Assembly: GCA_964016885.1 (NCBI GenBank)
Contig: OZ024745.1
Location: 61,566,001-61,630,000, forward strand
Reading direction: 5' to 3'
From: Eledone cirrhosa
Taxonomy: Eukaryota
Length of the DNA: 64,000 nt
Notes under the pieces: generated by a model
Told to the model about the DNA's origin: nothing
The model's input: the letters and a program-made list of their open reading frames with translations, nothing else
Database searches by the model: none
Part shown: one piece after another, positions 55,801 to 64,000 of the stretch
Layout of the letters: each line of letters begins with the position of its first letter
Position numbering within the stretch: the first letter of the stretch is position 1
Made by a program: the position numbers and the translations under genes

Positions 55801-56859
55801 TATTTTATAGATGCAACATTTTCGCACAATGCGTCGTCGTCAATACAAATTCTCATTGTCCTCTCCTAACGTCAGTTTGGCGTCTCATTCGTCTTCATAC
55901 GGCTCTCTTCAGTCGATCATCTGTTGCAATCTTCCATCTTCAAACGGCTACTCTCTAAATCCCAATCTCTTATGTCAACATTCCTATACAGAGTGCTTCA
56001 AATTGTAAATCAACAAACTACATGTTACATCAATACCATTATTGGAATCTCGCAGTAGCAAATTCTGTATAATTCTTCACCACCACACAAATTACTACTA
56101 TTGCTACTATTATAAACTCCACCACCACGACAATCTATTGCCGCAAACCACAACCCCCACTACCACCACCACCACCACCACCACCACCACCGCCACCACC
56201 ACTATCAACCATAATACTTACAATAATATAACACCACCACTATACGCCATAATATCAATCTCACCCCACTCCCAAACCGGCACCAATCACAAACATCACC
56301 GTTCCTACTACAATCAAAACATCAACAAGAATACTGCAACTACTCTCCTTCCATCATCATCACTACCATGTCTTTCCTATATAGACATACACACATGTAC
56401 ACAAAAACACTTATACATTCCGCTTTACACATATACAAAGTGACTTATACATCCTTACTCCACATACAAATAACATAAATATAAACATACACACGCCCCC
56501 GCCACACACACACATACTCTCTCTTTCTCTCTCTTTCACACACACAAATGCCCATAGATACGTCTTTTTCATTCTATTTCAATTCAAACAATTTCTATAC
56601 TATTACCCACAAGTCCACAGCCACTGGCATTTCTTTCTGTGGATTCTGGTTGGGATAAACGATAAAAATAATCTATAAACAAAAACAAACAAAAATAAAA
56701 TAGGAAAAGGATTGCACAGCTCGCCTCGACCGAATTATCATCATCATGGTCCCTTTCTCACTATCGTTAACTTACAAAAAGCATCTCCATTATCATTACC
56801 ATCATGATGTTCCCGTCCACAATGACGACGACGCAACCAACAATACCAGTAGCACCATA

Positions 56860-59800
56860 TCATTGCCAACATTATCAAAATTATCACCCTACGATCACGA
56901 ACACAACGGCACAAACAACACAACAACACCAACAACACCACTATCACGATTTCACTGCCAACATTATCAAAATTATCAGCACACCACCACGATCACGACT
57001 GCACCAACAACACCAACAACATCACTATCACCATTTCACTGCCAACATTATCACAATTATCAGCACACCACCACGATCACGACTACACCAACAACACCAA
57101 CAACACCACTATCACCATTTCACTGCCAACATTATCACAATTATCAGCACACCACCACGATCACGACTACACCAACAACACCAACAACACCACTATCACC
57201 ATTTCACTGCCAACATTATCACAATTATCAGCACACCACCACGATCACGACTGCACCAACAACACCAACAACATCACTATCACCATTTCACTGCCAACAT
57301 TATCACAATTATCAGCACACCACCACGATCACGACTACACCAACAACACCAACAACACCACTATCACAATTATCAGCACACCACCACGATCACGACTACA
57401 CCAACAACACCAACAACACCACTATCACCATTTCACTGCCAACATTATCACAATTATCAGCACACCACCACGATCACGACTACACCAACAACACCAACAA
57501 CACCACTATCACCATTTTACTGCCAACATTATCACAATTATCAGCACACCACCACGATCACGACTACACCAACAACACCAACAACACCACTATCACCATT
57601 TCACTGCCAACATTATCACAATTATCAGCACACCACCACGATCACGACTGCACCAACAACGCCAACAACATCACTATCACCATTTCACTGCCAACATTAT
57701 CACAATTATCAGCACACCACCACGATCACGACTGCACCAACAACACCAACAACATCACTATCACCATTTTACTGCCAACATTATCAAAATTATCAGCACA
57801 TCACCACGATCACGACTGCACCAACAACACCAACATCACTATCACCATTTTACTGCCAACATTATCAAAATTATCAGCACATCACCACGATCACGACTGC
57901 ACCAACAACACCAACAACATCACTATCACCATTTTACTGCCAACATTATCACAATTATCAGCACACCACCACGATCACGACTGCACCAACAACACCAACA
58001 ACATCTCTATCACCATTTTACTGCCAACATTATCACAATTATCAGCACACCACCAGGATCACGACTGCACCAACAACAACACCACTATCACCATTTTACT
58101 GCCAACATTATCACAATTATCAGCACACCACCACGATCACGACTGCACCAACAACAACATCACTATCACCATTTTACTGCCAACATTATCACAATTATCA
58201 GCACACCACCACGATCACGACTGCACCAACAACACCAACAACACCACTATCACCATTTTACTGCCAACATTATCACAATTATCAGCACATCACCACGATC
58301 ACGACTGCACCAACAACACCAACAACATCTCTATCACCATTTTACTGCCAACATTATCACAATTATCAGCACATCACCACGATCACGACTGCACCAACAA
58401 CACCAACAACATCTCTATCACCATTTTACTGCCAACATTATCACAATTATCAGCACACCACCACGATCACGACTGCACCAACAACACCAACAACACCACT
58501 ATCACCATTTCACTGCCAACATTATCACAATTATCAGCACACCACCACGATCACGACTGCACCAACAACACCAACAACACCACTATCACCATTTCACTGC
58601 CAACATTATCACAATTATCAGCACACCACCAGGATCACGACTGCACCAACAACACTAACAACACCACTATCACCATTTTACTGCCAACATTATCACAATT
58701 ATCAGCACACCACCAGGATCACGACTGCACCAACAACACTAACAACACCACTATCACCATTTTACTGCCAACATTATCACAATTATCAGCACACCACCAC
58801 GATCACGACTGCACCAACAACAACATCACTATCACCACTATCACCATTTTACTGCCAACATTATCACAATTATCAGCACACCACCACGATCACGACTGCA
58901 CCAACAACACTAACAACACCACTATCACCATTTTACTGCCAACATTATCACAATTATCAGCACACCACCACGATCACGACTGCACCAACAACACTAACAA
59001 CATCACTATCACCATTTTACTGCCAACATTATCACAATTATCAGCACACCACCACGATCACGACTGCACCAACAACAACACCACTATCACCATTTTACTG
59101 CCAACATTATCACAATTATCAGCACACCACCACGATCACGACTGCACCAACAACACTAACAACATCACTATCACCATTTTACTGCCAACATTATCACAAT
59201 TATCAGCACACCACCACGATCACGACTGCACCAACAACACCAACAACATCACTATCACCATTTCACTGCCAACATTATCACAATTATCAGCACACCACCA
59301 CGATCACGACTGCACCAACAACACCAACAACATCACTATCACCATTTCACTGCCAACATTATCACAATTATCAGCACACCACCACGATCACGACTGCACC
59401 AACAACACCAACAACATCACTATCACCATTTCACTGCCAACATTATCACAATTATCAGCACACCACCACGATCACGACTGCACCAACAACACCAACAACA
59501 TCACTATCACCATTTCACTGCCAACATTATCACAATTATCAGCACACCACCACGATCACGACTGCACCAACAACACTAACAACATCACTATCACCATTTT
59601 ACTGCCAACATTATCACAATTATCAGCACACCACCACGATCGCGACTGCACCAACAACACCAACAACATCACTATCACCATTTTACTGCCAACATTATCA
59701 CAATTATCAGCACACCACCACGATCACGACTGCACCAACAACACTAACAACATCACTATCACCATTTTACTGCCAACATTATCACAATTATCAGCACACC

Positions 59801-60555
59801 ACCACGATCACGACTGCACCAACAACACCAACAACATCACTATCACCACTTCACTGCCAACATTATCACAATTATCAGCACACCACCACGATCACGACTG
59901 CACCAACAACACCAACAACATCACTATCACCACTTCACTGCCAACATTATCACAATTATCAGCACACCACCAGGATCACGACTGCACCAACAACAACACC
60001 ACTATCACCATTTTACTGCCAACATTATCACAATTATCAGCACACCACCACGATCACGACTGCACCAACAACACCAACAACACCACTATCACCATTTTAC
60101 TGCCAACATTATCACAATTATCAGCACACTACCACGATCACGACTGCACCAACAACACTAACAACATCACTATCACCATTTTACTGCCAACATTATCACA
60201 ATTATCAGCACACCACCACGATCACGACTGCACCAACAACAACATCACTATCACCATTTTACTGCCAACATTATCACAATTATCAGCACACCACCACGAT
60301 CACGACTGCACCAACAACACCAACAACACCTCTATCACCATTTTACTGCCAACATTATCACAATTATCAGCACACCACCAGGATCACGACTGCACCAACA
60401 ACACTAACAACATCACTATCACCATTTTACTGCCAACATTATCACAATTATCAGCACACCACCACGATCACGACTGCACCAACAACACCAACAACACCAC
60501 TATCACCATTTTACTGCCAACATTATCACAATTATCAGACCTCGATCACGATCAC
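56860..60555. repeat. 84-bp minisatellite, ~44 copies
   Basis: Unit cactatcaccattttactgccaacattatcacaattatcagcacaccaccacgatcacgactgcaccaacaacaccaacaacat. Confidence 0.97.
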
Positions 60556-60719
60556 GGTATAGAACCACTGGTCTAGATAATAAACACATTATGTAACGTA
60601 TCCCATGATATATAAAAACCAAATAGTGAAAAATTCGTAGTTGTCACAGAGGGAATGTCTTTAATACTAGGCGTGTTTGAACAGGGAATAATCGTGTCTG
60701 GGATAAACATCACCTTTAT

Positions 60720-61035
60720 TTGGCCGGTAGAGCACTGGACAAAATGCGTTGCACTATTTGTATATTTTCTAAGTTTATATCCCGCTTGGGTAAACTTTAC
60801 TTTCATTCCTACGGGGTCGATAAAATAAAGTACCAGTAACGAACTGGGGTCGATTTAATCGACCCCCCCCCCTCAAAAAAAAATTTGTTGGCTTTGACCT
60901 ATAGTAGAAATCATTATTATTGTCGGACAACTTCCTTTGTGGCATAGAGTTACGACCCTTTAGGTTCTGAGTTCAAATCCCGCCGTGGCTGCTTTGCCTT
61001 TTATCCTTACGGGATCGATAAAATAAAACACCAAT
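60720..61035 (+). mobile_element. Two adjacent SINE family 1 copies
   Basis: The core ttcat.cctacggggtcgataaaataaagtaccag is at about 60800. A second B-box and core lie at about 60965-61035. Confidence 0.75.
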
Positions 61036-61329
61036 AAGAATTACATCATCAGTACAAATAACATCAATACAAAATACCACCTTCTTTAACATTATAATGA
61101 TGATGATGTTGGTTATCACATACTTCTTTATTATCACGACTACTGCCACATTGGCAATACCATCCTAACTAAATCATCACAACCACCAAGATTACCATTA
61201 CCAATATCATAACCATCGTTAACAGCAAGTACATCATTATCTACTCTCTTATTACCGCTAAGAATAATCATTACCCATTCCACTATCGTAAAACTTGTCA
61301 GCTAAAATGTTCTAGTCAACACAGTTCTT

Positions 61330-61700
61330 CAACAGCTCCCCCATCGGAACCGGCATCCAGGGACTCCAGGCACCTCATTGTCAAGCTTGACATGAGGAAT
61401 GCCTTCAACTCTTTACGCCGGGATCATCTGCTCGAGGCCTGCCTCGGCCGAGCCCCCTCAGCCTACCCGCTAGCCTACCTGTCGTATGGAGCCCCGAGCA
61501 TGCTCCTTGCTGCTGATACTGTCATACCCTCGGCTACTGGGGTCCAACAGGGCGACCCTTTGGGACTCCTCCTGTTCGCCCTTGGTATTGACCACATCGC
61601 CCGGATGGAGTGGCTTTTCCAGCGCGTCTCCCTTGCCGTCCTCAGGAGAAACGCCTTCTCCATTCTGTGGGTGGGCCCCATCGCGTACCGTTGTAGTTGT
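61330..61700 (+). mobile_element. Internally deleted CRE-clade retrotransposon fragment
   Basis: VKLDMRNAFNSLRR...GVQQGDPLGLLLFAL (RT) is fused directly to WLFQRVSLAVLRRNAFSIL, which resembles the CRE RLE C-terminus. Confidence 0.7.
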
Positions 61701-61799
61701 TGTAGAAGAAACAGGATGACAGCAACTGGAAAGTTTGATTTTCTACTTTATCATTTAACACCAAACCTTATCATCCCATTGCACTAGATCAGTGTGTAC

Positions 61800-63200
61800 G
61801 ATTAAGAATGTCATCCCTTCTGCTTTCAATAGTCGTCATTCAGGCTCTAAGTGTACAGAAAATTATAGCTTCTTCTTTTAGGAGTCAGAGAAGTTTCTTA
61901 TGTTTCTCATTAAACATTTAAGCAATGATATCATGGCGATGATATGGTTTCCGATGTCGAAAAAGTTAATCGTCCATTTCCTGTTACAGCATAATTTAAT
62001 GAAAAGATCCGGCTTGCTAAATGTTATTGCATTCCATTCGTGTATGTAACAAAATACACGTGTGATGTTTGACGTTAGTATGTCTAGCTGGCCAATATTT
62101 CTTGGATCACCGTCACACGTTATGGCATTTCAAAGGAGAATGGAAACCTCTGACCTTAACTTGACTTCATTTCTTGGCATACATGTCTACCACGAACTGG
62201 CAGATATTTTTTGAATTTCAGAACTTGGTTGAAGTTCTGTGGAACTGATTGATAAGCCCGTTTCTTGTCCTGTTCTTGAGTCAATCGGCAGTAGTTGAAA
62301 ATGGCACCCGTCTTAACTATTCAAAAGACATGAGTAATGGGGATGTAACGTATTCCTCCCAAATGTTCATTTGTTTGGCAAAACGGTATCACGTCAGTCA
62401 TGTTGTTTATCAAGCACATGTTTCTTGTTCTATCATTTACAGGTGTACGGTACCTGCCTTCATACTCTACAGGGGAAGATTTGTCTGCTCCGATAAGGAC
62501 TTTGAAGATACTAACACGATATTGCAAATTCATTTTCTATAATTTACTGGCTATGTAGAATTGCAATCTGCCTCTGTATCTGTATTGTGCCTCTGATTCA
62601 TTGCCATGCATGAAGTAAACCTGCCCAAATTTGTGTGGTATTTGAAGTAGTTATAGATGGACCCGTTTACGTTGTCGTACTGTTTCTGAATTTTATAAGT
62701 TATACGGAATCGAAAGTCTATTATGTTCCTAACAGCTTCGAATGACGCCATTTGAAATGCTGAGTTGCATTTCAGAACGTAATTCTGGAAGCGTCATGTT
62801 TCTGGTGTATCATGTAAGAAAATCTTTTCGAGAACTTCAGAATACTCTTGTACTTCTGGGAGAAGGACTTTGCTTCCTGAGTAGTATAGACCTGACAAGT
62901 TTAGAGGTCACTTCTTTTGAGTTGCCACAACAGTATTTTCCATTTACTCAAAAGGTATTTGCTGTTAACACGTCAATTTATATCCACTTAGAAGCTACAT
63001 GAGCAAATCGGACAACTTCAGATCTCTGCACTTTCTTTCTTCTGGTCCATAATGAACACCCTCCATACTATGATCCTCTTGAACGTTGTGTAAACATTTG
63101 GAATTGATATATACATCGCACTCCTTTCCATATTTTAACCTTCAATAATTTGTTCTGAAACTTCACTAAGTTTGTTGCAATAAGCAGTCCATTTGAATGT
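61800..63200 (-). pseudogene. Possible highly decayed DNA transposase (P/THAP9-like)
   Basis: Complex non-microsatellite sequence with a minus-strand AITCDGDPRNI motif (~62095-62128) resembling the P-element CDG catalytic motif. It has many stops. Confidence 0.3.
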
Positions 63201-63235
63201 ACGTGTTCTGCATTTTGTTTTAGCCATAAGCACAA

Positions 63236-63397
63236 GGGTCGGACACCATGCTTTCCAGCATAGTTACGTCCCTTTACGATCTGAGTTCAAATCCCGCCGA
63301 GGTTGACTTTGCCTTTCATCCTTACGGGGTCGATAAAATAAAGTACCAGTAATGCACTGGGTAATTGCTGGCCTTGTGCCTAAAGTAGAAACAATTA
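63236..63397 (+). mobile_element. SINE family 1 copy (short-tail variant, 5' truncated)
   Basis: gagttcaaatcccgccgaggttgactttgcctttcatccttacggggtcgataaaataaagtaccagtaatgcactgggtaattgctggccttgtgcctaaagtagaaac. Confidence 0.85.
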
Positions 63398-64000
63398 ATC
63401 TACAGATTAATGGATATGTGGCTACTGGAATAAATATCAATACACCTTTGTAGGATAATGGAAACCAAATGTTATACTCAGCTATGCTAGTTAATGTGTT
63501 CATATATGTACCTCTAAACATACATCTATATAAAATATTTTAACTTTACGAATTAACTGATATTTGTTTAACAACCGATGTGAATTCAATTAAAAGTTTG
63601 AGCTGTACCGAAAAACAACAATGGATTAATGAAAGAGGAAATAAGTGAAATTTCTGAAGATTAAATACGCATTATACTCCTTCCAGAATTTAATCCATTA
63701 TGACCTTTCTTAGAAAATCATTTAAGAATGTGTTTCTGAAAACGATTAATTTCTTTTCACTATACATATACATGCATCAATAGATACATGTATATATATA
63801 TATATATTGGCCTTTGGAATTCCTCTAAATACACGTTGTTTGAAAATTAAAGACTAATATTGTTTTAACATGTATTATCGATATATTAAGTAGTGTGACC
63901 AAAAATATAATTCTGTATTTTTCATCCATTCCTTTGCCTAATTTGACTCACAAATCTTCGGCACACTGGAAACTATGTTAAAAATTACTTACGCAACGTG

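Noticed and set aside
56860-60555. CRISPR-like array
   Set aside because: The units are contiguous near-identical repeats with no unique spacers, the context is eukaryotic, and there are no cas genes.
56746-60576. 1276-aa and 1252-aa ORFs as real genes
   Set aside because: They are overlapping frames of an 84-bp tandem repeat. A 23-nt deletion swaps the peptide repeat mid-ORF, and there are no non-repetitive domains.

Overview
This is AT-rich eukaryotic intronic or intergenic DNA with dense microsatellites. The tRNA-SINE families and repeat landscape look like an octopus or other cephalopod mollusc, which is an inference only. I could not support any host protein-coding gene, and nearly all short ORFs are microsatellite artefacts. 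Real coding homology is retroelement or transposon derived. It includes two near full-length but frameshifted R4/Dong-clade (RT + RLE) non-LTR retrotransposons (34.2-38.2 kb, inserted in (TATG)n; 48.1-51.4 kb, ending in (TAA)n) and a full-length L1/Tx1-type element (42.06-48.04 kb) bracketed by (ATT)n. There are also fragments of Vingi, RTE, CR1-like, CRE and mariner/Tc1 elements and many SINE copies. The most interesting signal is non-coding: two minimal type I hammerhead ribozyme motifs 322 nt apart (38371-38414, 38693-38736) in a direct repeat carrying a perfect 96-bp inverted arm, which looks like a Penelope-type pLTR or non-LTR retrozyme. Several decayed hammerhead-like motifs and long fold-back elements lie next to (TA)n tracts elsewhere. 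The right end carries a 2.5-kb cryptic CA-derived satellite and a 3.7-kb 84-bp minisatellite, which produces two spurious >1200-aa ORFs.
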